A DNA stretch of 64,000 nt from Deltaproteobacteria bacterium (GCA_040218735.1 JAVJQW010000060.1:12753-76752), one strand, 5' to 3'. Numbered from the stretch's first letter, positions 44,440 through 53,973 are shown. Notes: generated from the sequence alone by a model not told the origin. Translations and numbers: made by a program.

Positions 44440-45375
44440 ATGACGAAGATTCGTTCTCTGATCTTGGCCCCGGCGCTGTTCGTGCTGAGCGTCGGTTGCG
44501 AGCAGGGCGCCGAAAAGCCCGCCGCGAAGGCCGACGAGAAGGCCAAGGCCGACACCACCCAGAAGGGGTTCAAGCCGTCCGACGCGATGAAGAAGGTCGG
44601 TGCCGGCGGCGCGAAGCCGATGGCCGCCCCGCCGCCCGCTCCGGCGGACATCCCCGCGCCCGCCGACGTCGCGGCGCCCCCGGCCGACGCCAAGACGACC
44701 GCGTCGGGCCTCGCCTACAAGACCCTCGAGGAGGGCAACGGCAAGGCGCCGTCGGCGGAGGACACCGTCGAGGTGCACTACACGGGCTGGCAGACGACCG
44801 GGAAGATGTTCGACAGCTCGGTGAAGCGCGGCAAGCCGGCGCGGTTCCCGCTGCGCGGCGTGATCGCGGGTTGGACCGAGGGCCTGCAGCTGATGAAGGT
44901 CGGCGGCAAGACGCGCTTCTGGATTCCGGAGAAGCTCGCCTACCAGGGCCGCAAGGGGCCGCCGGAGGGGATGCTGGTGTTCGACGTCGAGCTGCTGTCG
45001 ATCGTTGAGACGCCGAAGACCCCGCCGGACGTCGCGAAGGCGCCGAAGGACGCGAAGAAGACCGCTTCGGGGCTCGCGTACAAGATCCTGACGCCCGGCA
45101 AGGGTGACAAGAAGCCGACCGCGACGAGCGTCGTGAAGGTGCACTACTCGGGCTGGACGACGGACGGGAAGATGTTCGACAGCTCCGTCACGCGCGGTCG
45201 CCCGGCGACGTTCCCGCTCAACGGCGTCATCAAGGGTTGGACGGAAGGGCTCCAGCTGATGAACGTCGGCGACAAGGCGCGGCTGTGGATCCCGGAGAAG
45301 CTCGCGTACGAGGGGAAGCGTCCGCCGAAGGGGATGCTCGTGTTCGACGTCGAGCTCCTCGAGATCATGCAGTAG
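44440..45375 (+). CDS. Tandem two-domain FKBP-type peptidyl-prolyl isomerase, lipoprotein
   Basis: Lipobox SVGC; two copies of VHY.GW..GKMFDSS..VI.GWTEGLQLM..WIPEKLAY..LVFDVELL. Confidence 0.95.
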   Translation: MTKIRSLILAPALFVLSVGCEQGAEKPAAKADEKAKADTTQKGFKPSDAMKKVGAGGAKPMAAPPPAPADIPAPADVAAPPADAKTTASGLAYKTLEEGNGKAPSAEDTVEVHYTGWQTTGKMFDSSVKRGKPARFPLRGVIAGWTEGLQLMKVGGKTRFWIPEKLAYQGRKGPPEGMLVFDVELLSIVETPKTPPDVAKAPKDAKKTASGLAYKILTPGKGDKKPTATSVVKVHYSGWTTDGKMFDSSVTRGRPATFPLNGVIKGWTEGLQLMNVGDKARLWIPEKLAYEGKRPPKGMLVFDVELLEIMQ

Positions 45376-45381
45376 CCGATT

Positions 45382-45437
45382 CGTCCGATAATCGGACGCG
45401 GCGGGCGTTCGTCCGGCCGTTCGTTCGATAATCGAAC
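45382..45437. repeat. Twin related palindromes 40 bp apart
   Basis: CGTCCGAT-A-ATCGGACG (45382-45398) and GTTCGAT-A-ATCGAAC (45423-45437). Confidence 0.85.
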
Positions 45438-45495
45438 TTCGCGGGTCGCGTCCGCGGCCCGTGCGCCTGGCACACATCCTGATGAAGCGCGCGCC

Positions 45496-46293
45496 ATGCG
45501 TGACGCGCTCGACGCCGACGAGGTCGCACGGCTCCTCGGAGCCGCGACGGCGCTCGCCGACAAGCTCCTCCTCGGCCTCTTGCTCACCAGCGAGGCTCCC
45601 CTCGGTCTGACGCTCGCGCTCCGCTGGATGGACATCGATCTGGCGGCGCGGCGCTTCGTCGCGAGCGGCGCGCCGATCGCGCCGGCGCTGATACCGTTGA
45701 TGTCGAGGCTGGCGGCCGCGGCGCGTCCCGTCGACTACGTCTTCCGCCTCCCGCCGCCGCGGCGTCACCTCAGCCCCGGCGACGCGGCGCGGATCGTGAC
45801 GCGGTCGGCGTTGCTCGCGCGTGTCCCGGGGCGCGTCACGCTGCGGACGCTCGCGGCGACCGACGCGCGGAACGTCGGCGGCGAGATCCCGACGCACACC
45901 GTGCTCGCGGCCGTCGAGGGGCCACCGGCCCCGCCCCGCTCGCCGACGATGCGCCTCGCGTTCGAGATCGGCCCGCCGGAGGCCGACGGGAGCGCGCAGG
46001 CGACGGTGATCGTGCAGACCCCGCTCGCGCGGGTGCGCCTCGACGGGATCCGGATCGAGCGCGCGTACGAGGCGGTGCCCGACGTGGTGCTCCCGGTGCG
46101 CGAGTCGTGGCGTGTCGCGCTGTCGGCGCTCGACCCCGCGACGCGGCGAAGGTTGGAGGCACCTCGGTTCTATCGGGTGGTGGTGACGGAGCTGGCGCGA
46201 CGCCTCACGGCGCGCGCGGCCTCACGGCGCCGACGACTTCAGCACGGTGCGCACCGTGTTGATCAGGTCTCGAGCGGTGAACGGTTTGGCTAG
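45496..46293 (+). CDS. Degenerate tyrosine-recombinase-like protein (catalytic residues absent)
   Basis: LDADEVARLL..DKLLLGLLL...LALRWMDIDL and RVTLRTL echo integrase boxes I/II, but TGLR, HxLRH and the catalytic Tyr region are not recognisable. Confidence 0.5.
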   Translation: MRDALDADEVARLLGAATALADKLLLGLLLTSEAPLGLTLALRWMDIDLAARRFVASGAPIAPALIPLMSRLAAAARPVDYVFRLPPPRRHLSPGDAARIVTRSALLARVPGRVTLRTLAATDARNVGGEIPTHTVLAAVEGPPAPPRSPTMRLAFEIGPPEADGSAQATVIVQTPLARVRLDGIRIERAYEAVPDVVLPVRESWRVALSALDPATRRRLEAPRFYRVVVTELARRLTARAASRRRRLQHGAHRVDQVSSGERFG

Positions 46294-47616
46294 GACGAGC
46301 GGAGCGAGGTCGGGGCGCTCGTCGAGGACGAGATCTTGGTAACCCGTCATGTAGATGGCGGGCACGGGGACGCGCTCGCGGATCTGGCTCACGAGGTCGA
46401 GGCCACCCATCGAGGGCATCACGACGTCGGTGATCAACAGATCGAACTTGTCGTCGCGCTGGATGAGCTCGAGCGCTTCGTCGCCGTCGCACGCCTGCGT
46501 GACGCCGTAGCCGAGCTTCGTGAGCGCGCGCGACACCAGCGTGCGCATCGCCGGGTCGTCGTCCACGACGAGGACGCGGCCGAGGTTCGCGCCGAGCGGC
46601 GCGCCGACGTGCTCGGGCGCCGTCGCCGAGGGGAGCGCGACGGTGACCTTGGTCCCGCGGCCGAGCTCGCTGTCGATCTGGAGGCTCCCGCCGACCTGGC
46701 GCGCGAGGCGTTGGACGACCCACAGGCCGAGGCCCTCGTGGGAGGACTTCGTCGTGTAGAACGGGTGCGGCGCACGCGCGCAGGTGATGCTCGACATCCC
46801 CTCGCCGGAGTCCTCGATCTCGATCGTGACCTGCTCGCGCGCTTGCGCGAGGACGATCGAGAGGATGCCGCCGTGAGGCATCGCCTCCGCCGCGTTCTTC
46901 GCGAGGTTGGTGACGATCTGTCTCAGCTCCTCGGCGTGCAGCGGTACGGACGACGCGTGGCGCGCGAAGTCGATGCGCACGTCGATGTGCTCCGGGAGCG
47001 TGCCGCGGAGGAGCGGGCCGATCTCCTGGAGCACGTTCTGCGGGCTGACCGAGCGCCCCGTGCCCGAGCTGCGTCGGTTCGTGGTGTGTTCCTCGACGTT
47101 GCGAACGATCTCGTCGACGTGGTCCGGGAGCTCCTCGTCGCCGCTCAACGTGCGGATGTGTTCGACGGCAGCGGCGAGGACGGCGAGGAGGTTTTCTCGG
47201 GCCTCGTCCGAGCGCGGTCGCGTGGCCGACGCCGTCGACGCGTCGGCGGGCTGTTTGCTCTGGCGCTGCACGCCGACCACCTCGATGACGTCGTCGGTCG
47301 ACTCGTCCCGGATGGCGTTCGCCGATGCTTCGAGGGTGACGTAGTGACCGAGCTTGTGTCGCACGCGCGCGCGCACGGTGCCGTCGGTGCCGTCGCGAAT
47401 CGCGGGGCCGGCGGTGGCGAGGTCTTCGGGGTGGAGCAGCTCCGCGTACGCGCGGCCGACGAGCTCGCCGGGGGTGTAGCCGAGCAATCGCAACACACTC
47501 GCCGAGCACTCGCGCAGACAGCCGTCGGGTCCGAGGACGACGACGAGGTCGTCGCCGCGTTCACCGATCGCGTCGAGTCGTTCCTGCGGGGTGGCTTCGA
47601 GTTGAGGACGCTTCAC
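46222..47616 (-). CDS. PAS - HATPase - receiver hybrid sensor kinase with degenerate H-box
   Basis: PAS (LLGYTPGELVG, LHPED); N box NLAKNAAEAM; DSGEGM; PFYTTK; GLGL; REC VVDDD, ITDVVMP, KPF. Confidence 0.88.
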   Translation of the reverse strand: MKRPQLEATPQERLDAIGERGDDLVVVLGPDGCLRECSASVLRLLGYTPGELVGRAYAELLHPEDLATAGPAIRDGTDGTVRARVRHKLGHYVTLEASANAIRDESTDDVIEVVGVQRQSKQPADASTASATRPRSDEARENLLAVLAAAVEHIRTLSGDEELPDHVDEIVRNVEEHTTNRRSSGTGRSVSPQNVLQEIGPLLRGTLPEHIDVRIDFARHASSVPLHAEELRQIVTNLAKNAAEAMPHGGILSIVLAQAREQVTIEIEDSGEGMSSITCARAPHPFYTTKSSHEGLGLWVVQRLARQVGGSLQIDSELGRGTKVTVALPSATAPEHVGAPLGANLGRVLVVDDDPAMRTLVSRALTKLGYGVTQACDGDEALELIQRDDKFDLLITDVVMPSMGGLDLVSQIRERVPVPAIYMTGYQDLVLDERPDLAPLVLAKPFTARDLINTVRTVLKSSAP

Positions 47617-47706
47617 GGGACTGCGCCCAGGATAGCGTCACTCGGCAATCGTTGCGCCCGACAAAACGCTGTCGCGATTCGACACGCGCCCGTCAGATCG
47701 AGATGT

Positions 47707-47922
47707 TCACGCGCGGCGTATCCGATCGAGCACGGCGTGCGCCGTGGACGAAAGACCGTCCGGATCCAGGGCGGCTTCCAGCTTCCGCAGCGCGACGGTC
47801 TCCTCGAAGGCTTCCCGCCGGCCCTCCTCGTCGAGATCGTGCCACGCCGGCAGGATGTCGATGCGCCCGCCGACCCGCGGGCGCCACGCGGTGGTGCCTT
47901 CCTGGATGCGATCGTCGTTCAT
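47707..47922 (-). CDS. Small (71 aa) soluble protein coupled to the ECF gene
   Basis: GAGGCG RBS and ATGA overlap with the sigma stop; MNDDRIQEGTTAWRPR...AWHDLD...LDPDGLSST. Confidence 0.72.
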   Translation of the reverse strand: MNDDRIQEGTTAWRPRVGGRIDILPAWHDLDEEGRREAFEETVALRKLEAALDPDGLSSTAHAVLDRIRRA

Positions 47923-48488
47923 GTCGACGCCTCTCGGATGTCGACGCCGCCGCGCTCGAGGCACTGCTCGAGCATTCGGCGAGCGCGGGTGAAGTTCTGG
48001 AGGAACGTGTTCTTCTGCATACCGAGGCGCTCGGCGAGGACCGCGTCCGAGGCGGCGCCGAAGGACTCGAGCCGGGCGGCGAGCGCCTGGGCGGGTTTGG
48101 TGGGGAGCTTCTCGCGGCACTTCGCGATCAGCCGGGCGAGCAGCGGATCGCTCGTGCCCGCGGGGCCCATCGCCTCGGCGAGGTGACGCTCGAGGTCGTC
48201 GGGCTCGATGGGGCGCGTCCGGAGTCGACGGGTCTCGCTGATGGCGAGGTTGCGGGCGATCCGGATCGCGAGGCGGAGGAGGCCGTTGTCGCGGCCGTCG
48301 GCTTCGAAGCGCGGCGCGACCTGCCAGACGCGGAGCAAGGTCTCCTGGAGGACGGCTTCCGTGTCGACCGAGGCCGCGAAGGACCGGAGGCTGGCGCGGA
48401 TCGGAGCCTCCGATCCGGCCAGCCAACGGGCGAACGCACGCTCGTCACCCGCCGCGATCGCGGCGGCATGAACGTCGAGGTTCGTCAC
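47919..48488 (-). CDS. ECF RNA polymerase sigma factor
   Basis: AIAAGDERAF, EAVLQETLLRVW, IARNLAISE; region 4 LAERLGMQKNTFLQNFTRAR. Confidence 0.85.
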   Translation of the reverse strand: MTNLDVHAAAIAAGDERAFARWLAGSEAPIRASLRSFAASVDTEAVLQETLLRVWQVAPRFEADGRDNGLLRLAIRIARNLAISETRRLRTRPIEPDDLERHLAEAMGPAGTSDPLLARLIAKCREKLPTKPAQALAARLESFGAASDAVLAERLGMQKNTFLQNFTRARRMLEQCLERGGVDIREAST

Positions 48489-48490
48489 GA

Positions 48491-51322
48491 CTACGCGAGC
48501 CCTCCGAACAGCCACAGGAGCAGCAGCACGAGCAACGCGAGGCCACCGAGGGCGAGCGCGATGAACACGAGCCTCATCGAGGCCCTGCGCGTCGCGAGCG
48601 ACTTGTCCTCTTCGACCTTCATCGAGCGCGCGGGCTCCGCCTGCACCGGGACGTCGGCCGACGACTGCGCCGGCGGCGGCGATGCGGCCGGGCGGCCGGA
48701 CACCGGCGCCGAGCCTGCCGCCGCCTCCGACGGTTCGTCCGGCGCGGCCGGACGGCCGGACACCGGCGCCGAGCCTGCCGCCGCGTCCGACGGTTCGTCC
48801 GGCGCGGCCGGACGGCCGGACACCGGCGCCGAGCCTGCCGCCGCCTTTGGCGGTTCCGCGGGCGCGGCCGGCTTGGGCGCGGCCGGGCGGCCCCGCGTCG
48901 GCGCCGCTTCCGAGGGCGCATCGAGGGCGGACTCAACCCGAGCCTCCTCATCCTCGGAAGGCCCCTGGGGCGCGCCCGCGGGCGGCTCCGACCGCAGCGC
49001 GCGCGGCGGCGGCGGCGCGGCCCTCGCGAAGTCCGGCGCGTCGTCTTCACGCGCCCACGCGTCCTCGTACCCGGTGAGCTCGAGCTCCTCGCCCCCGTGC
49101 GCGTCGAAGGCCTCCTCCGCTTCGGCGAGCACCTCCCCCTGCAGATCGGACGTCGGCACCTCGCCCTCCAGGCTCGACATCACAACCTTGTCCGTGTCGT
49201 CCGGCCCCAGCGCGTCTTGCCGCGGCGCGCCGGGCGCCTCGCGTTTCTTCCCCTTCGCGGGAATCCTCGCCGCGCGGCGCGCCGGCGCCTCTTCGCTGCT
49301 CAACCGCATCAGCCTCTCAGGGAGCTCCGCCGTCACCGGAGTGTCCTCGAGATCGACGTCATCGAGATCCGCGAAGCCGTCCTCGTCAGACAGCGCGCCG
49401 CCCCCGAAGCCCGCCCCGGTCGGCGCCCGCATGCGTCCCGTCGCGACCCCCGACCGCGTCTGCGACAGCGGCGCGGGCATCGCCGCCCGCAGGCCGACGC
49501 CCTCCGCCGACATCCCGTACGGCAACGCGTGGGGCATCGTCGACTGCATCCGATCCAGCTCCGGGTCCACCGTGACGTCGGCCGACACCGCGACCCACGA
49601 CGTCTTGCGCGTCGCGATCTGGAAGTCGAGGCCGACCCGTTCGATCTGCGCGTCGACGTCCTGGACGTCGCCGCCGGCGCAGCGGTGGGCCTCGAGGTCT
49701 TCGACCCACTCACGACCGAACAGCGCGGTCACCGCCTGGTGCCCCTCCCCCAACGCCAGCGGCGCGAGCTCGATGCGCTGCGAGAACGGGCCGTTCGCCG
49801 TCTCGCCCTCCACGACGAGCGTGCCGCCGAGCGGCGACAGCTCCACGCTGATCATCGCGGGGCTTGCCGCGTACAGATCCGGGAGCGCCATCGGCACGGT
49901 GCGTTCGACGGCGTCGCCCTTCACCTTCACGTTGGTCACGAGCGGGAGCGCCGTCTTGCTCACCAGCCGCGCGGCGCCGCGCTCCGGATCCTCGTCGATC
50001 GCGAGCGCGAGGCACACACCACCACCGGCGCGCGCGGCCGGCTTCAGCAGCGCGTCGTTCGGCGCGGATCCCACCCCGACGGTGTGGAGGCGACAGCTCT
50101 TCGGGAGCCGCTCGATCACCGTCTCGATGATCTCACCCTCGAAGCCGATGTACCCGTCGGTGACGAGGATGACCTGCCGCTGCGCACCGCTCCGCAGCGG
50201 CGTCAGCGCTTCGAGCAACCCGGTCCGCATCTCCGTGCCACCGCCCGCGCGCAGCCCGGCGAGCCACTTGTGCGCCGCCTGTTTGCCGGTGCGTGTCGCG
50301 ACGACCGGCTCGCCCTTCCAGCGGCTCGGGCGGTTCGAAAACTCGATCATCTCCAGGCGGTCGTGGTCCGCGAGCCCGTCGATCATCGCCGCGAGCACCC
50401 GCTTTGCCTGGTCGAGCGGGCGACCGCTCATCGAGCCGCTGGTGTCGATCAGGAAGATGAGATCCCGCGGCATCGCGGCGGCGGCCTTCGGCGCCTCGGG
50501 CGGCACGATGGTGAGCAGCCCGTAGGCGTGGCCCTGGTGCTCCGCGGGGCGCGCGGCGTCGAGCACCACCCCCGCCTCCGGCTTGGCGACCGGCCAGCGC
50601 ACCACGAAGTCGCGGTCGAGCGCCGCCCGGGCCTCGGCGTCGAGCCGAACGCGACGACGCAGCCCCTCCTCCGTCGCGGTCATCGCGTGGGAGGGGGACG
50701 CAGGGGTGCGGCCGTTCAGGACAACGTCACCGATCACGAGGTCGAGCGTGAGCGTCGTGGGGAGCGGGCCATCCGCGACGTCGACCGTGACCCGCGCGGC
50801 GTCCTTCACCCGCCCGGGCTCGCCCATGTACCGCGGTCCCACGACGGTCGGGAACCGCCACGACCACTGCCCCTCTTCGGCGATCCACACCAGCTTCTGG
50901 TCCACGACGACCTCGACGCGCACCTCCTCGTGCGGCGGGATGTTGCCGACCTTCTGCGTGAACGTGTTGGGGCGCTCCTGCTCGAGGAGCGCGGCGCTCT
51001 GACCGGCGGCGAGCGCGGCGTCGTAGCGCTCGCGCGCGGCCTTCTTCTTGTCGACCTCGCCCACCGTGCGCTTGCCAGCGACGGTGAACGCAAAGCCGCT
51101 CACGGCGCCGTCGGCGGGGAGCGGGAGGAGGTACGTGACCTCGAGCGGGCGGTCGTTGGGGTTGGCGAACGTCTGGACGAGGACGGTGCGCGCGAGGCCG
51201 GCCTTGGCCTCGACGTCGAGGTGGCTCGCCTTCAGCGGCAGGGTGGCGCCATCACGCGCGAACAGGCGCGCGCCGGAGGCGGGGGTCGAGGAAGCGGGGG
51301 TCATCGAAGCTGCGGTCACCAT
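48491..51322 (-). CDS. VIT + vWA domain protein with low-complexity tail and C-terminal membrane anchor
   Basis: VIT (QTFANP..LEVTYLLPLP..AVSGF, ALLEQERPNTF); vWA MIDAS DTSGSM, GGTE, VTDG; C-terminal TM. Confidence 0.9.
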   Translation of the reverse strand: MVTAASMTPASSTPASGARLFARDGATLPLKASHLDVEAKAGLARTVLVQTFANPNDRPLEVTYLLPLPADGAVSGFAFTVAGKRTVGEVDKKKAARERYDAALAAGQSAALLEQERPNTFTQKVGNIPPHEEVRVEVVVDQKLVWIAEEGQWSWRFPTVVGPRYMGEPGRVKDAARVTVDVADGPLPTTLTLDLVIGDVVLNGRTPASPSHAMTATEEGLRRRVRLDAEARAALDRDFVVRWPVAKPEAGVVLDAARPAEHQGHAYGLLTIVPPEAPKAAAAMPRDLIFLIDTSGSMSGRPLDQAKRVLAAMIDGLADHDRLEMIEFSNRPSRWKGEPVVATRTGKQAAHKWLAGLRAGGGTEMRTGLLEALTPLRSGAQRQVILVTDGYIGFEGEIIETVIERLPKSCRLHTVGVGSAPNDALLKPAARAGGGVCLALAIDEDPERGAARLVSKTALPLVTNVKVKGDAVERTVPMALPDLYAASPAMISVELSPLGGTLVVEGETANGPFSQRIELAPLALGEGHQAVTALFGREWVEDLEAHRCAGGDVQDVDAQIERVGLDFQIATRKTSWVAVSADVTVDPELDRMQSTMPHALPYGMSAEGVGLRAAMPAPLSQTRSGVATGRMRAPTGAGFGGGALSDEDGFADLDDVDLEDTPVTAELPERLMRLSSEEAPARRAARIPAKGKKREAPGAPRQDALGPDDTDKVVMSSLEGEVPTSDLQGEVLAEAEEAFDAHGGEELELTGYEDAWAREDDAPDFARAAPPPPRALRSEPPAGAPQGPSEDEEARVESALDAPSEAAPTRGRPAAPKPAAPAEPPKAAAGSAPVSGRPAAPDEPSDAAAGSAPVSGRPAAPDEPSEAAAGSAPVSGRPAASPPPAQSSADVPVQAEPARSMKVEEDKSLATRRASMRLVFIALALGGLALLVLLLLWLFGGLA
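48684..48871. repeat. Three tandem 60-bp coding repeats (AAAGSAPVSGRPAAPDEPS-like)
   Basis: cggccggacaccggcgccgagcctgccgccgc recurs with an exact 60-bp period. Confidence 0.9.
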
Positions 51323-51360
51323 GGACGAATCTCCTTGTCGGTTCGAGGGTTCGTCGGGGC

Positions 51361-51404
51361 AACGCGACCCAACCGGATCTGGTGACACTCCTTTTTCGTT
51401 TTTT
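51361..51404 (-). promoter_or_regulatory. Putative ECF-type promoter with A-tract upstream element
   Basis: Minus strand GAAAAAACGAAAAAGGAG-TGTCACC-N16-CGTT upstream of the VIT-vWA/ECF operon. Confidence 0.5.
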
Positions 51405-51420
51405 CTCCGGGCCGCTCGGT

Positions 51421-52464
51421 TCAGCGCTCCAGCCGGGCCAGAGCCCACTGCGACAGGCCCAGGAAGCGGTCCTTGGCGTCGTGGCGGACACGTTGGTGGG
51501 TGGGCCCGAGGAGCCGCACGTGGACCCGGGGGGACGGCGCGCCGAGCCAGCCGAGCCACTGCGGCATGCCCTTCAGCCCCACGTGCCGCACGCCCCGCGC
51601 GTAGACCTCGGGCTCGAGCATCAACCAGTGCAGGTAGGCGGCTGACCACTGCTCGAAGTCCGGGGCCTCCGCCAGGCACTCCACGTCGAGGTGAGCGCCG
51701 TGGGCGTGCCCTACGAATGCGCTGATCATGCGCCGCTCGGAGCCCTTCTTCTGCGGCTTCAAGAAGAGCGCGGAGACCGTCAGTCGGTCGGCGATGCGCC
51801 GCAGGAAGTCCCGGCGATCCTCGTCGTAACGCTGGGGCCGAGAGGTCGCCCGGGCGTGTCGATCCCACCACTCGAACGCGGCTTCGAGACCCGCTGCGTC
51901 GAGGTTGTCCTCGCGCTCGATCTTCCCGAGCTTCCGCAACGCGGAGAGCTGGGCGCTGTTCGCGCGTTTGTCGAGCGGCTTCGAGACCTCGTCGCCATCG
52001 AGGTCGATGCGAGACTCTTCAGTGGATTCTACTCGAACGATTCGGCCCGCGGGCCGACGGCGCCCCGTCCAGTCGGTGGGGGCGACGTCGGGGAGGTCGT
52101 CGAGGTGCACGGTGGCTTCGGGCATTCGCCGGTGAATCTCGACGACCGCGCGCTCCGCGAAGAAGCTCCCGCGTAGGGGGCGAGCGAGCCAACCGTGACG
52201 CAGCGCGTACGCACCGCCCCACCCGACCCAGCGCTTACCGTCCTCGACGATCGGGAACGCGCCGACCAGCTCCCCGTCCGCGTCGAGCTCGTAGGCGAGG
52301 ACACACGCCGCGGTGGATCGGGCGCGCCAGGCGGCGATCGCGTCGATGTGGAGGAACGGGGTTGCGAACGTACAGCTCGCCCACAGATCCGCCCACTTCG
52401 CGGCCCAGGCGGGATCCGCCTGCAGGTGGTCGACCTCCGGTCCCCGCGCGACAGCGATGCTCAT
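51421..52464 (-). CDS. GNAT-family (CelD/BcsL-like) acyltransferase-fold protein, divergent
   Basis: W..LW.....TPF...AW N-terminus, ELVGAFP, RMISAFVG, FEQWSAAYL. Confidence 0.55.
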   Translation of the reverse strand: MSIAVARGPEVDHLQADPAWAAKWADLWASCTFATPFLHIDAIAAWRARSTAACVLAYELDADGELVGAFPIVEDGKRWVGWGGAYALRHGWLARPLRGSFFAERAVVEIHRRMPEATVHLDDLPDVAPTDWTGRRRPAGRIVRVESTEESRIDLDGDEVSKPLDKRANSAQLSALRKLGKIEREDNLDAAGLEAAFEWWDRHARATSRPQRYDEDRRDFLRRIADRLTVSALFLKPQKKGSERRMISAFVGHAHGAHLDVECLAEAPDFEQWSAAYLHWLMLEPEVYARGVRHVGLKGMPQWLGWLGAPSPRVHVRLLGPTHQRVRHDAKDRFLGLSQWALARLER

Positions 52465-52514
52465 GGGCCTGCCGGGCTTTCGTAGCAGGCCCCCGAACCG
52501 CACGGTAGTCCGAC

Positions 52515-52566
52515 ACTGGTATGACCAGTTTACCTCTTGACCTCTTACCATCGGGCCATCTAGCCT
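52515..52566 (+). promoter_or_regulatory. FadR-type operator and sigma70 promoter
   Basis: Palindrome ACTGGT-ATG-ACCAGT (52515-52529) matches the FadR-subfamily TGGT-N3-ACCA; TTGACC(52537)-18 bp-TAGCCT(52561). Confidence 0.75.
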
Positions 52567-52573
52567 TCCGCGC

Positions 52574-53317
52574 ATGTGGACACCCGTGCGCCGCCGCTCC
52601 GTCTCCGATGAGGTCTTCGACCAGCTCAAGAGCCGCATCGTCCGCGGCGAGATGGCGCCCGGCGCCCCGCTCCCCTCCGAGCGCAAGCTCGCGGAGCTGC
52701 TCGGTGTAAACCGCGGCGCGCTCCGCGAAGCGCTCAAGCGCCTCGAGCAAGCGCGACTCGTGTCGATCCAACACGGCGGCACGACCCGCGTGGAGTCGTT
52801 CCTCGACACCGCCGGCATGGACCTCCTCACGGAGATGCTCTTCACCTCGGCGGGCACGCTCGACACCCAGGTCGTGCGTAGCGTGATGGAGATGCGCTCG
52901 GCGCTCGCGCCCGACATCGCGCGGCTCGCCGCGCTGCGCGCGAGTGAAGACGACAAGGACGCCCTCCTCGATCTCGTGGGTCAGATGGAGCGGCAGGCCC
53001 GGGACCGCGGCAAGCGGCAACGCCTCGCGATGGCGTTCTGGGGGACGATGGTCGCCGCGTCGCAGAACATCGCGTACCGCCTCGCCTACAACACGCTCAA
53101 CCGGTCGTATCAGCAGTTCTTCGAGGTGATGACGGACGTCCTCGCCGCCGAGCTGGACGACCTCGCCGCATACCGCGCGATCGCCGACGCGATCGATCGC
53201 GGCGACACCGCGGCCGCCGAGAAACGCACCACCGCGCTCATCAGCAAGGGGGCCGACCAGGTCTTCGAGCTGATGAACGCCCTCGAAGCCGAAGCCACGA
53301 AAGGAGACGCGCGATGA
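52574..53317 (+). CDS. GntR/FadR-family transcriptional regulator
   Basis: PGAPLPSERKLAELLGVNRGALREALKRL..QHGGTTRV; FCD-like C-terminus. Confidence 0.93.
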   Translation: MWTPVRRRSVSDEVFDQLKSRIVRGEMAPGAPLPSERKLAELLGVNRGALREALKRLEQARLVSIQHGGTTRVESFLDTAGMDLLTEMLFTSAGTLDTQVVRSVMEMRSALAPDIARLAALRASEDDKDALLDLVGQMERQARDRGKRQRLAMAFWGTMVAASQNIAYRLAYNTLNRSYQQFFEVMTDVLAAELDDLAAYRAIADAIDRGDTAAAEKRTTALISKGADQVFELMNALEAEATKGDAR

Positions 53318-53973
53318 CCACCGCCGTCGAGAACCCCGCGACCCCGAAGGACGCCTTCCTCTACTTCTGCCGCCACGCGAGCCCGCGACTCATCTTCACG
53401 CTCGCCGTCGTCTCGGTCGGCTACCGCGCGACGCTCGGCGCCTGGAAGCTCCAGGACTTGTGGATCGTCCTCGGCATCATCGCCGCGTGGCCGTTCCTGG
53501 AGTGGGTCATCCACGTCTTCATCCTGCACTTCAAGCCGTTCGAGCTGTTCGGGCGGCGCATCGATCCGTTCGTCGCCGCGAAGCACCGCCGCCACCACCG
53601 CGACCCGTGGCGCCTCGACATCCTCTTCATCCCGCTGCGTTCGTTCGTCGTCTCGGTGCCGCTGACGTTTCTGTTGTGGCCCGCGTTCCTCGACCTCCCG
53701 CAGGCGTTCACCGGCATCGCGTTCACGTACCTGATGACGCTCCACTACGAGTGGGTGCACTTCCTCGTGCACACGCGCTACACGCCGAAGTCGGCGTTCT
53801 ATCACCGCATGTGGCGGAACCACCGCCTCCATCACTGCAAGAACGAGAACTACTGGATGGGCGTCAGCACCCAAATGGGTGACCGCGTCCTCGGCACGTT
53901 CGCCGACGGCAAGTCGGTCCCCACCTCCCCGACCTGCCGCACGCTCGGGCAGGAGGACACGCTCGGCGCGTAG
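53314..53973 (+). CDS. Fatty acid hydroxylase / sterol desaturase family protein
   Basis: His boxes EWVIHVFILH, HRRHH, YEWVHFLVH, HRLHH; ATGA coupling to the regulator. Confidence 0.9.
   Translation: MTTAVENPATPKDAFLYFCRHASPRLIFTLAVVSVGYRATLGAWKLQDLWIVLGIIAAWPFLEWVIHVFILHFKPFELFGRRIDPFVAAKHRRHHRDPWRLDILFIPLRSFVVSVPLTFLLWPAFLDLPQAFTGIAFTYLMTLHYEWVHFLVHTRYTPKSAFYHRMWRNHRLHHCKNENYWMGVSTQMGDRVLGTFADGKSVPTSPTCRTLGQEDTLGA

Noticed and set aside
47645-47674. Short palindromes GCAA-N3-TTGC and CGACA-N6-TGTCG upstream of the hybrid kinase, similar to the 37754/37778 sites
   Set aside because: The spacing differs (N3 vs N4), there is no sigma54 box nearby, and such short matches are expected by chance.
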